A DNA stretch of 64,000 bases. Origin: Armatimonadota bacterium. GTDB lineage: Bacteria; Armatimonadota; UBA5829; DSUL01. The stretch lies in the NCBI GenBank assembly GCA_039811685.1, contig JBDHZC010000001.1:608001-672000 (forward strand), in the 5' to 3' direction. This document shows positions 41,531-50,966 of this stretch, one piece after another. The notes beneath the pieces are model-generated. The model saw nothing but the letters and a program-made list of their open reading frames with translations, made no database searches and had not been told where the DNA came from. The position numbers and the translations under genes were made by a program. Each line of letters begins with the position of its first letter. The stretch's first letter is position 1.

Positions 41531-43125
41531 GGCGCCTCCTCCGCAGGATACCTCCACGACCGGCGCAAACGGCGCGAATCTGGAAGATCCGCAGCATCGC
41601 CAAGCACTCCGGCGCTGGCCATCGCCGTCACGGGCTCAGCCTCCCTGGCCAGACGCGCCGCCGCAATACCAATGCCAAACTGCACCCAGATATAGATACG
41701 GAAAAAGTTCGCATGCGCCCAGTAGCCGATCAACAGACCCACCGCGCTCGCAATCAGCCCCGCAAGAACGGCCCGCGTGTAGATGTCTTCACTCTGACGT
41801 ATCCCTTTGAACAGAGCGGCAAAATAGGCGATCCATATCCAGGCAAAGAGCGCTCCGCCGACAAGCCCTCGCTCGCTGAGCACTTCAAGATAGAGGTTTT
41901 GAGGGTCCCAGCGAAGCGTGAGTTCGTACTCGTTAGCGCTGCGGTCGTCCTCCATGAAACGGAGCCGATGGAACGGATAGTTTCCCGGACCGACCCCGAG
42001 AATCGGATTATCCAGAAACATTTTAACGGCCGCTTCTCTGGCGCGTTCTCTAACCATCGCCGAGTGTTGACTCAGACGGGGATGAGTGATCTTGGAGACA
42101 ACCTGTTCAAGCTCATGGCCTACTGTAGGTACAAAAATCGCCGCGACAAGCCCCGTGCAGATTGCTATGATAGCCAGGCCACCCGCCAACCTGAGGGGAC
42201 TGGTATTGCGGATAAGGTTGTATCTGATCCCGAGAAAAAAAACGACACCGATAGCCGCAAGACCACTGGCAAAGCCACCGGTGGAAAACGTGAGGAAGAG
42301 GTTGACGACCAGGAGAAAGATCAGACCGTACTGCGCAAAACGACCTGGGCGGATCTTGTCCGCCATACTGAGAGCTATCGCCAGCGGAAGTACCAGCACC
42401 AACCACTCGGCATAGTAAGAAGGCTCAGAGAACGTGCCGATAGCGCGGAAATCCTGACCCTGCCAGGTCCAGTAGCGCTGCCCGCTCAGAGCATACAGAC
42501 CAACGATAACGCTGACAATGAGCAGCGCGCCGATGGCCCAGTGCAGGATGCGCCTGGTGCGGATGACGCGGTTGACCATAGTGTAAAGCAGGAAACTATA
42601 GACTGACCAGAACGTCTGAGTCCAGGTGCGCAACCAGGGGCTGTTCAACCCCTGCGCGTCTTCCAGCCGCAGGTTGTGAGGGATCTGATCCATCATAATC
42701 AGCGATGAAACTACGCCAATTACGATGTAGGCAAGGATTGGTTTTCTGAGCGCATCACCTGAAGATGTGAGACTTCGATCGAAAGCCAGACGGAGAAAGA
42801 AAACGGCTATAGCCAGCATGGCGATCCAGTCGCTGACCTTGAAGTTGACCCCCGCGACCGGAAAGACGTACAGATCCATAAGGGGCATCAGCAGGATGAC
42901 CAGCAGAGCTCCGTTCTCGGCGCGCGCGAAGAGTATGGCCAGCACCGCCAGGCCTATGACGGCCTCCATCATCAGCGTCATGTACTGACTGAACAGGAAA
43001 GACGCTGCCACCGCTCCGATCAGAAGGAGTACCGCGATATTCAGGAAGGTCTTCCTGATAGCGGAGGCGGCATTTTCCGGCAGCGGCCGTACACCTGTGG
43101 AAAACGCAGAGCGCATTACTGGCAT
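41527..43125 (-). CDS. O-antigen ligase/Wzy polymerase family protein
   Basis: Many TMs; RAIGTFSEP, TFSTGG, R....AA..MF..NPILGVGPGNY, PQNLYLEVLSERGLVG. Confidence 0.85.
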   Translation of the reverse strand: MPVMRSAFSTGVRPLPENAASAIRKTFLNIAVLLLIGAVAASFLFSQYMTLMMEAVIGLAVLAILFARAENGALLVILLMPLMDLYVFPVAGVNFKVSDWIAMLAIAVFFLRLAFDRSLTSSGDALRKPILAYIVIGVVSSLIMMDQIPHNLRLEDAQGLNSPWLRTWTQTFWSVYSFLLYTMVNRVIRTRRILHWAIGALLIVSVIVGLYALSGQRYWTWQGQDFRAIGTFSEPSYYAEWLVLVLPLAIALSMADKIRPGRFAQYGLIFLLVVNLFLTFSTGGFASGLAAIGVVFFLGIRYNLIRNTSPLRLAGGLAIIAICTGLVAAIFVPTVGHELEQVVSKITHPRLSQHSAMVRERAREAAVKMFLDNPILGVGPGNYPFHRLRFMEDDRSANEYELTLRWDPQNLYLEVLSERGLVGGALFAWIWIAYFAALFKGIRQSEDIYTRAVLAGLIASAVGLLIGYWAHANFFRIYIWVQFGIGIAAARLAREAEPVTAMASAGVLGDAADLPDSRRLRRSWRYPAEEAP

Positions 43126-44222
43126 GTCGTCGCCTCCCGATAGACATCTAACGTCTCACGCGCCGTGTTTTCCCAGGTGAAGCGCGCGGCGCGCTCAGGG
43201 CCTTTTTCGCGCAGTTGCTCACGCACAGAGGAGTCTGTTGCGACTTGTACGAGCGATTCCGACAGTTTTTGCCAATCTCCGGCAGGGAACAAAAGGCCGG
43301 CATCGCCCACAACTTCCGGCAGGGACGTAGCATCGGCTGCCACAACAGGACATCCGAGAAGCATCGCCTCCAGCACAGGCAGCCCAAAGCCCTCGTGAAA
43401 GCTCGGAAGACAGAAGACTGCTGCGCGCCGATAGAGCGCCGCCAGAACTCGGTCGTCCGCAGCTCCCAGAAACCGGATTTTGTCTCGCAGCGGACTCATT
43501 TCAGCCTTCGTCCGAATCTCATCGTAACCAGAGCCGGGAAGACCAACAAGAACCAGCGCCTGAAACTGGGCCTGCGCATGAGCCAGCTCGTACGCTTGAA
43601 TAAGCGAGAGCACTCCCTTTCGAGGAGTCAGCAGTCCGACAAACAGGACAAAGGGCTCTGGCACTTCCAGCGACTCCAGAATGTCCGGCGCATCGGACTC
43701 TGATGAGGCAAGGCGCAGCGACGGGTTCACACCCTGATAGACTACCCGAATCTTCTCAGAGGGTATCGACAGTGTTGCGCTGATATCGTGAGCGGTATAG
43801 TTGGAAATCGCTATAACCCTGCGAGCCCTTTTCGCGCTTACGCGAGTGAGAGTGTTGTACAGAAGGAGCGCTCTTCGCGAAGTGCCTTCCGGATGTTTCA
43901 TGAATATCAAATCGTGGAGCGTCACGACACCTGGCACGCGCGACAGAACCGGCAACGTAAAATCAGGAGAGTGATAGACGTCCAGCTCATCCCTCCGAAG
44001 TGTCCACGGAAGCGCTCCCTGTTCCCAGAGAACCCTGCCAAGCCGTTCGCTGCCTCTCTTCACCTCTACCGGCAGACGCTCCAGCGTAGTTTCCGCCCGG
44101 TTGGTGTACAGCTGATATTCGTTGTCCGGCGCGACTTTCAGCATGGCCTGCAAGAGCTGAAGAGCGTATCGTCCAATCCCGCCGGTCAAACCTATCGGGC
44201 GTCCAAAATAGCCTATTCGCAT
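43116..44222 (-). CDS. Glycosyltransferase family 4
   Basis: GGIGRY, VTLHDL, RKG, SFHEGFGLPVLEAM, SLPEVVG. Confidence 0.9.
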   Translation of the reverse strand: MRIGYFGRPIGLTGGIGRYALQLLQAMLKVAPDNEYQLYTNRAETTLERLPVEVKRGSERLGRVLWEQGALPWTLRRDELDVYHSPDFTLPVLSRVPGVVTLHDLIFMKHPEGTSRRALLLYNTLTRVSAKRARRVIAISNYTAHDISATLSIPSEKIRVVYQGVNPSLRLASSESDAPDILESLEVPEPFVLFVGLLTPRKGVLSLIQAYELAHAQAQFQALVLVGLPGSGYDEIRTKAEMSPLRDKIRFLGAADDRVLAALYRRAAVFCLPSFHEGFGLPVLEAMLLGCPVVAADATSLPEVVGDAGLLFPAGDWQKLSESLVQVATDSSVREQLREKGPERAARFTWENTARETLDVYREATTCQ

Positions 44223-45335
44223 CTAGTCCGCCCTACCCAGCACGTCTTTATAGACCTGATGCGTCTGCTGTGCAATATGCGCCCACGCATAATCTGCGCT
44301 GAGCAACTCAGCTCCATGGGAAATATCGGCTTTCAAGGCCGGACACTCCAGAAGTAACCTGATGTTGGCAGCCAGCGCTTTGGCGTCATCAACAGGCGAT
44401 AGCAGCATATTGACTTTGTGGACAAAACTGGCTGGAGTACGCTCTGAGCGCGTTGTCAGGACAGGAAGACCGTGCGCCAGAGCTGCCAGAAGAGACCCTC
44501 TGCGAGAGGTTGCGCCATCCTCAAATGGGAGGACGGCACCATCTACAGCCTGCATTATCGAGGATACCTCTGCATCCGAAAGATATCCGGTCGAAAATAT
44601 GCGCTCCGCAATCCCGAGCTGCAAAGCCATCTCCTCAAGGCTCTTCCCGTACGCGGGATCTGGATCAGGCGCAACAATCAGCAGCCGGGCGCTGGAGGAA
44701 GGCAACAAGGACAGCGCCTGAAACAGCGTCTCCAGCCCTTTTCCGGGGCGAACAAAGCCGAAGAACAGCAGGGTTAGCTTTGCGGACTCACCTGCTAATG
44801 AAGCGAGAATGTTGCGGCCACTGGTTGCGTCTGCGGTGACGTCAATGTTGCTTCCAATGGGAATAGTGGACAGGCGATCAGAGCTGAACCACCTCGCCAG
44901 CAGCCGCCAATCTTCCTCCTGCGTTACGATAGCCTTTCTGGAATAAAAAACGCTGAGAAGCTGCTTTGCCCTCCCCCCGGGCGGCGCCATGCAGTACTCG
45001 TGCAAAGTTGTGACGACGGGTAGCCCGTGCAGGTAGCGCGGCAACACGTTGACTCCCCATTTTCCGTGATAGCGCCAGGTTGGAAATTGAATGTGGACGA
45101 GGTCAGGGCGGCGCTGCTGGAGCTTTCGGGCAAGGTGTTTGACGGCCGAGACTGTCCAGTCTTCAGCCAAAGCGAAGGCAGGTACATCAGGATCTGCGCC
45201 GATATAGAGCCCTGCCGTGGTGATCACGCTCGCTTCTACGTTTCGCGTTCGCAGCTCCTTGACCAGCCGGCGGGTATAGTCAGAGACTCCGCAGTGGTCT
45301 GGAAGATACGTGCCACAGACCATGTCAACTCGCAC
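44223..45335 (-). CDS. Glycosyltransferase family 4
   Basis: CGVSDYT, TLHEY, PIGSNI, FFGFVRPGKG, DGATSRRGSL..ALAHGLP. Confidence 0.85.
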   Translation of the reverse strand: MRVDMVCGTYLPDHCGVSDYTRRLVKELRTRNVEASVITTAGLYIGADPDVPAFALAEDWTVSAVKHLARKLQQRRPDLVHIQFPTWRYHGKWGVNVLPRYLHGLPVVTTLHEYCMAPPGGRAKQLLSVFYSRKAIVTQEEDWRLLARWFSSDRLSTIPIGSNIDVTADATSGRNILASLAGESAKLTLLFFGFVRPGKGLETLFQALSLLPSSSARLLIVAPDPDPAYGKSLEEMALQLGIAERIFSTGYLSDAEVSSIMQAVDGAVLPFEDGATSRRGSLLAALAHGLPVLTTRSERTPASFVHKVNMLLSPVDDAKALAANIRLLLECPALKADISHGAELLSADYAWAHIAQQTHQVYKDVLGRAD

Positions 45336-45338
45336 GTC

Positions 45339-46427
45339 TCAGCCTGCCTCCAGCGACGTACTCACTGAGTTGTCCATTGCTAACATCTCCCGCAGTGCAG
45401 CAACAAGCGCTTCTGGAGTTGCCTCCGCATCTGTGAACACGCGCCTGCGCTCAGGCGCCGTCCACGGCCCCCACCCTGCCGGGTCGGACTGGACAAAAAC
45501 AGCGCACACCTTTGCACCGCAAGCGGCCGCCAGATGCATCGGACCGCTGTCGTTGCCGAGAAAAGCGCGGCACCGGACAAACAGAGCCGCCAATTCTGCC
45601 AGCGAAGTCCTCCCACAAAGGTCAATGCAGGGCGCCTGCATCCGGGCCTTCATCTGTTCCACTAGAGGCCGTTCTTCTGCGACACCTACAAGCACAATGC
45701 TCAGACCCTGTGCCGAGAGCGCATCACAGACACTGGCAAAACATTCCGCCGACCAGCGCTTGCGCTCCTGCTTTGTGCCGACGTGAACGACCAGCGCGCG
45801 TTCCGCTTCGAGTCCCGCGTCTTCGAGCACCTTTGAGAGACTCTGGTGAGCTTCCGCGGGAATCTGGAGGTCAAAGCGCGGCTCCCCTAGCTTGGCTCCA
45901 AGCGCTTCCGCCAGCTTCAGATTTACTGTGACCTCGTGCTCACCAGGTAGTTGATGCAAAACGCGCGTCAACAGGTGTGGCCTGGCCTCAACATGCGTGC
46001 CGCTTATGTGGACAATTCTGTCAAAGCCGATGCGCACTGGCACACCAGCCAGGAAAACCTTAAGCGCCATGCCGGTTTCCTCAGTGGAGAGCAGCACAGC
46101 GTCATAATGGGCGTCCCCAATCATTTCTATTTCTCGCCACTTTTCACGCCATCCCGTTGGCGCAGGCCATCTTGTGCGCAATATCCGGTCTACGGCGGGG
46201 CACATGCGGAAAATGGCCTCTCCTGCGGACGTGCCCGCCAGTACGTGAATCTCCGCTTCAGGAAAGGAGCGGCGCAACTGGGAAAGTGTCGGGAGGATGA
46301 CGATACAGTCTCCCACATTTTGGATACGCGTCACAAGAATTCGGCGAGGAGTGGCATTGTCAGGGCCGCGCCTGCGACCAAAGCCACAGACCCCCCGCCA
46401 TACCAGTTTGCTGACGGTCCGGAGCAC
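45339..46427 (-). CDS. Glycosyltransferase family 9 (heptosyltransferase-like)
   Basis: NVGD.I..LP, KRW...F, DLCGRTSL, NDSGPMHLAAA, WGP. Confidence 0.88.
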   Translation of the reverse strand: MLRTVSKLVWRGVCGFGRRRGPDNATPRRILVTRIQNVGDCIVILPTLSQLRRSFPEAEIHVLAGTSAGEAIFRMCPAVDRILRTRWPAPTGWREKWREIEMIGDAHYDAVLLSTEETGMALKVFLAGVPVRIGFDRIVHISGTHVEARPHLLTRVLHQLPGEHEVTVNLKLAEALGAKLGEPRFDLQIPAEAHQSLSKVLEDAGLEAERALVVHVGTKQERKRWSAECFASVCDALSAQGLSIVLVGVAEERPLVEQMKARMQAPCIDLCGRTSLAELAALFVRCRAFLGNDSGPMHLAAACGAKVCAVFVQSDPAGWGPWTAPERRRVFTDAEATPEALVAALREMLAMDNSVSTSLEAG

Positions 46428-46428
46428 T

Positions 46429-47622
46429 TCAGACCTGCGCTTTCTGTGATGGGTCAGTTCGAATCAGCTCATCGTACAACTGGCAAATGCGGCGGGCCTC
46501 TTGCTTGTAGAAACGGCTGCGAACGGTCTCGACGGACGCGCGGGCAAGGCGCTTTCTCAGCTCATCGGACGCCAACAGGCGCAGACAGGCCGCAGCAATC
46601 TCATCGGAAGCTCCAGGAGCGACGAGCAGTCCATCCACACCGTCAGTGATGATCTCCTGCGGGCCGCCGGAGCGCGTTGCGACAACAGCAGTGCCACAAG
46701 CCATAGCCTCCGCCACAACCAGACCGAATGGCTCATTGAGACTGGCAAGGACGCAGATATCCATCGTCTTGTAGAGAGACGCGACACAGTCCACAAAGCC
46801 GGTAAAGAGAACCCGGTCCGCCAGACCTTGCCGCGCGATTTCCTCCTGAAGCAGCGCGGGATAGTCGTCATCATGCGTGAAAAGAGGGCTGCCAAGAATC
46901 AGAAACCTTGCGTCAGGCCGCTCGGCGGCAATCCGGCCGGCGGCTTTCACAAAATCAAGCTGGCCTTTGTCTGGCGAGATCCGGCTCGCGATTCCTATGA
47001 TGGGGCTTCCCCCCCAGCCCCGCTCACGGCGCAGTTCTAAATTGGGTTCTTCTGCCTGTAGCGAGTCCACATCCACGTCGTTGTAGGTCAGGTATGTTCG
47101 CACATCTGGAAGCAGCTTATGAATGCGTTCGCCAACGCACTCTGTGATGACAATCAGGGCATCGCACGCCCGGAAAGCACTGGCTCGAGAGCTGTCCAGG
47201 ACATCATAAAGATCCCGGCAGTGGTATACAACCGGAATCTGTAGACGAGCGGCCGGCGGAATTGCCAGCTCAGGCGCCCAGAAAGAGTTCACGTGGACCA
47301 GAGATGGCTGAAGGTCCTCCAGCCATTTTCTGATGGCTGACTGCGACCTCCTGAACGCCAGAGGGCGCCGCCTCCTGCGGGTCTCCATCGGGAGAAATGT
47401 GAAAGGAATTTCAAGCGCTTGCATCCGCTCAGACAATGGTCCCGAACAGGGAAGCGCGACGTGAGGCTGGAAGTGGCGCCGGTCCAACCCTGCGAGCAGA
47501 GTGAGCAGTGAAATCTCCGCACCGCCCAACTCAGACGTCGTAGAGATGTAGGCTATCTTCTTTGCCGATGGACACTGTGTGGCAGACGTACTGGAAGACT
47601 CTCGCAAAGGCTCTGCGCTCAT
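46429..47622 (-). CDS. Glycosyltransferase family 4
   Basis: GGAEISL, RISPDKG, EPFGLVVAEAMACG, GGPQEII. Confidence 0.9.
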   Translation of the reverse strand: MSAEPLRESSSTSATQCPSAKKIAYISTTSELGGAEISLLTLLAGLDRRHFQPHVALPCSGPLSERMQALEIPFTFLPMETRRRRRPLAFRRSQSAIRKWLEDLQPSLVHVNSFWAPELAIPPAARLQIPVVYHCRDLYDVLDSSRASAFRACDALIVITECVGERIHKLLPDVRTYLTYNDVDVDSLQAEEPNLELRRERGWGGSPIIGIASRISPDKGQLDFVKAAGRIAAERPDARFLILGSPLFTHDDDYPALLQEEIARQGLADRVLFTGFVDCVASLYKTMDICVLASLNEPFGLVVAEAMACGTAVVATRSGGPQEIITDGVDGLLVAPGASDEIAAACLRLLASDELRKRLARASVETVRSRFYKQEARRICQLYDELIRTDPSQKAQV

Positions 47623-47630
47623 AGATTGCC

Positions 47631-48812
47631 CTACGCCACTGCCTGCTGCTGAAAAGTTGACAGATACGCATCAATACCCTGTTCGAAGCTGGCTCTGGAG
47701 AACTCCTGGGCCCGCTTCTCTGCGGCGTGACGATAGTTCTCGAGAAGATCCGGGTTGTGAATCAGAGAAAGAGTTCTCGACATAAGGGTGGCTGTATCCT
47801 GCCAGACGAATCCATCCAGGCCATCGCGAACGATTTCGGAGGGCCCGCCGCCATCAATCACCACAGGGACCGCACCGGAGGCCATCGCCTCGACAATACT
47901 CATCCCAAACTGCTCAAAGAGCTCCGGCGTAGCGTCAGCATTCTCAAGAGCTCCCGTCGCATGCCAGTAGATGGAGGCAGAGGCGTAAAGAGGCAAAAGC
48001 TGTTGGAAAGTTAAATCTGTGGTGATCTCTATCGGGTATCCGGCGCTCCTTTCCTGAATATCAGACAGATAGCGCTGATCATCCGCACTCGGATGAGTCC
48101 CACCGACCACTCGAAGCTTCCAGCCACTCAACCCACGGTCGCACAGTTGCTTGAAAGCGTCGATCATCACCGCGTGCTTCTTTGTTGGACCGTGAGCGTA
48201 AAAGCGCCCCACTGTAAGAATGGTGCGCTCTTTGTCTGCGCTGTCGCATTCGTCTATCTGCGCAGGGGGATAGTGCACGTGAGATTGGCTCTTCCAACGC
48301 AGATCGATCCACCTGCGGACAAATTGCGACGGACAGGCAATGTAGTCCCACGTTCCCAGGCGAGCCAGCTTTTCTCGATCGGCTGGGCGAAGCGGCGCTC
48401 CATGAGCGTCAAGCCGGATAGCTTCTTCCGCATTGTACGGGAACTGAACGAAAAGGAAGCCGGAACGTGCGGGACACGCCGGGGGAATCTCACCGGTAAT
48501 GAACACAAGCAGGTCCAGATTTCTCGCAAAGCTCAGAGCTGTACGCCCGTAGATCAGCCGGGCAGCGCGCGGAGCAAAACGGGCAACCTGCTGTAGGACG
48601 GGCTCAAAGGCTGGACGCGCGGCCCGTGCCCGACAGCCCTCAAGATTCAGTGCCAGAACAGACGACAACCTGGGGATATCCGGCAGTGGCTCTCCAAACA
48701 GCGTCACGTCCCACCCGTGAGCGAGCAATCGTTCGGCTATGACACCCAGCACCTTCTCGCCGCCGCCGCAGTAGTCCCACGACGTGCTGTACACGCCCGC
48801 CTTGAGGCTCAT
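47631..48812 (-). CDS. Glycosyltransferase family 4
   Basis: GGGEK, TVGRF, KKH, YWHATG, EQFGMSIVEAMASG. ATG overlaps the wzx stop. Confidence 0.88.
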   Translation of the reverse strand: MSLKAGVYSTSWDYCGGGEKVLGVIAERLLAHGWDVTLFGEPLPDIPRLSSVLALNLEGCRARAARPAFEPVLQQVARFAPRAARLIYGRTALSFARNLDLLVFITGEIPPACPARSGFLFVQFPYNAEEAIRLDAHGAPLRPADREKLARLGTWDYIACPSQFVRRWIDLRWKSQSHVHYPPAQIDECDSADKERTILTVGRFYAHGPTKKHAVMIDAFKQLCDRGLSGWKLRVVGGTHPSADDQRYLSDIQERSAGYPIEITTDLTFQQLLPLYASASIYWHATGALENADATPELFEQFGMSIVEAMASGAVPVVIDGGGPSEIVRDGLDGFVWQDTATLMSRTLSLIHNPDLLENYRHAAEKRAQEFSRASFEQGIDAYLSTFQQQAVA

Positions 48813-50386
48813 CCCGGCGCCAGCTTTCGAAGGCGCGCCGTGTACATCTGGCGTTCCTGCTGGTCCAGAGACACCCACGCAAAAGCAGCTACATAGACAG
48901 CTACGACAACAAAACCTTCCATCACGAGTACAGGCAGGTTTGTAGGAGGCAATGAACGGAGCAACGCCAGCGACAGCGCCAATGCAGGGATCAAAGGCAC
49001 AGCGCAGGCGAGGAATATCTTCCAGAGAAACCACGAGGTGGACATCCCGATGTGGCGGCAGCCCAGATACGGGAACACGAAGATGTGACTGACAAATAGC
49101 GGAATCGCTGTGCCCAGGGCAACGCCAATCAGGCCGTAAGGTTTCACGAGAGCAATGCTGAGCAGGAGATTGACGACGGAATCAACCAGTGTGACTATCG
49201 CCAGTGTCTTGTGGTTGGCGACACCAAGCAGCAGCCGCACGCTCACGGCCGGCACGATGCTCGCAAAAACGCTGATCGCCAGAATCCAGGTCAGAGTCTC
49301 TGTCAGAGGCGGCACACTGTCCAGCCAGATCGCAAGAATGGGGCGCGCAAACAGACAGACACACAGAGTCAGTGGAGCTGCAATGCCCACTGTCAGCTTG
49401 CCAGCCTGCAGATACACCCGCCAGATGCGCTCCCGATCCTCCATTCTGTCCAACTGGGAAAAGACCGGAATGAGCACGTCGATGGCCTGCTCAGCGATTT
49501 GTCTTATCAGAGTGGCCAGCTTGTTGGCGATCGCAAAGGGCGTGACCGACGCAGCAGATAGAAACGCCGCTATCACAAAACCATCAGTGTTGTACTTCAC
49601 AAAATGGGCGATTTTCAGGCCGGAAAACGTGAATCCGTAAGTGGACGTCGCGCGCACAAGCTTTCGATCAAACAGTGAAGCAGACAAACGCAAGCGCGGC
49701 AAAATTCTCTTCATGGCGACATAGCGGACGACAGCTATCGGAGCCATGACCACGAGGTAGGCCGCGCAGATCCCCGGTAGGCCAAAGCCAAAATGCACAA
49801 ACGCAATCACCAGTGCCGTGTTGGCAACTGTGCCGAATGCCCCCACGAAGTTGTTGATATCCATTCTCTGAAGACCTGTCAGCGCGCCGCCAATGACTCC
49901 GATTGGAAGCGCAACCCCCTGAACCAGCCCCATCAGAACAAGCGCAATGCGCGCTTCGGCAACGTGCTGGGGAGACATCTTCAAAACAGTACCCAGCAGA
50001 GGAGATACGACAGCGGCCAGAACCACCAAAAGCGCTCCGAGCCCGCAGAACATCAGCATCGTGGTGGACAACAAACGGCTGATGCGGTCTTCCTCACCCT
50101 GCGCGGCATACTCAGCGACGTACTTCTGCACACTCGCCCCGAATCCCAGGTCCACCATGCCCAAATACATGAGAATGGAGCCAATCAGCGACCATACGCC
50201 AAAGCGCTCATCGCCCAGACTCTGGAGCAGGTAGCGAACCAGATACAGCCCGAGGACGAAGTTAAGGGCAAATGCCAGGTAGTTGGACACAACGTTCAGG
50301 CCCAGCCGTCCCTTCATGGCCTGTTCCTGAGCCTGTGCCAGCTCTGCGTTCTGGAACTCCTGGGGCGCTATTTCTGAGGCGCTCAA
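48809..50386 (-). CDS. wzx: Wzx-type oligosaccharide flippase
   Basis: Many TMs; LG.ERFGVW, DLGFG, D..VI..FL, YGLIGVALG. Confidence 0.85.
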   Translation of the reverse strand: MSASEIAPQEFQNAELAQAQEQAMKGRLGLNVVSNYLAFALNFVLGLYLVRYLLQSLGDERFGVWSLIGSILMYLGMVDLGFGASVQKYVAEYAAQGEEDRISRLLSTTMLMFCGLGALLVVLAAVVSPLLGTVLKMSPQHVAEARIALVLMGLVQGVALPIGVIGGALTGLQRMDINNFVGAFGTVANTALVIAFVHFGFGLPGICAAYLVVMAPIAVVRYVAMKRILPRLRLSASLFDRKLVRATSTYGFTFSGLKIAHFVKYNTDGFVIAAFLSAASVTPFAIANKLATLIRQIAEQAIDVLIPVFSQLDRMEDRERIWRVYLQAGKLTVGIAAPLTLCVCLFARPILAIWLDSVPPLTETLTWILAISVFASIVPAVSVRLLLGVANHKTLAIVTLVDSVVNLLLSIALVKPYGLIGVALGTAIPLFVSHIFVFPYLGCRHIGMSTSWFLWKIFLACAVPLIPALALSLALLRSLPPTNLPVLVMEGFVVVAVYVAAFAWVSLDQQERQMYTARLRKLAPG

Positions 50387-50958
50387 TTCGAGCCTCCCAC
50401 TCGAGGCTTCTGCCCGGACAGCGACACCGCGGAGGGAGCCGGCCTGGACACTGCAGCAAGAAGCCTTCCCGGGAGTGTTTGCCGCTGCGGATAGTGAACG
50501 GTTGCGCGGATATCGGACAGGCCAGCCTCTTTCAGACGCTGTTGAACGTCGCCGCGCGCACCCGGCCGGACGCCATGCACTATGAGAACGCCGGAGGGCA
50601 ACAATCTGGACGACAACTCCGCCAGAGCTGGTAAGACAGCCGCTGCGTCGTCACCGCCCAGCGCAATCACATTGAACACGTCCAGCGATTGCGCCAGAAG
50701 CTCTTGCGGAGTCTTGAGGAAAATCTGAAAGCTCGATCTCAGGCCCGCGTCATCCACCGTCTGGAGGAAACGCGCCGCCGCTGGTTCATCGGACTCCAGA
50801 TCAACCACCATCAGACCCGCCTGCGCCATCCTTAGAGGCAACTCAGATTTACCCGGGCTCCAGCACAGCGCAAGGCGGCCACCTGATCGCGCCACCGCGT
50901 CTGCAATAAGACGCTGCGTCTGCGCATCTCCACTGCCCGTGACCTGACCCTCCTCCAT
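50383..50958 (-). CDS. Degenerate class I SAM-methyltransferase-like protein
   Basis: Strand order resembles a methyltransferase fold (LALCWSPGKS; VVDLE; FNVIALGGD; RLLPSGVLIVH), but canonical residues are altered. GGAGG RBS. Confidence 0.5.
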   Translation of the reverse strand: MEEGQVTGSGDAQTQRLIADAVARSGGRLALCWSPGKSELPLRMAQAGLMVVDLESDEPAAARFLQTVDDAGLRSSFQIFLKTPQELLAQSLDVFNVIALGGDDAAAVLPALAELSSRLLPSGVLIVHGVRPGARGDVQQRLKEAGLSDIRATVHYPQRQTLPGRLLAAVSRPAPSAVSLSGQKPRVGGSN

Positions 50959-50966
50959 CCTCCGCG

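Noticed and set aside
40523..42606. Long plus-strand ORFs (390 aa and 297 aa)
   Set aside because: Antisense shadows of the GT2 and Wzy genes with no recognisable motifs.
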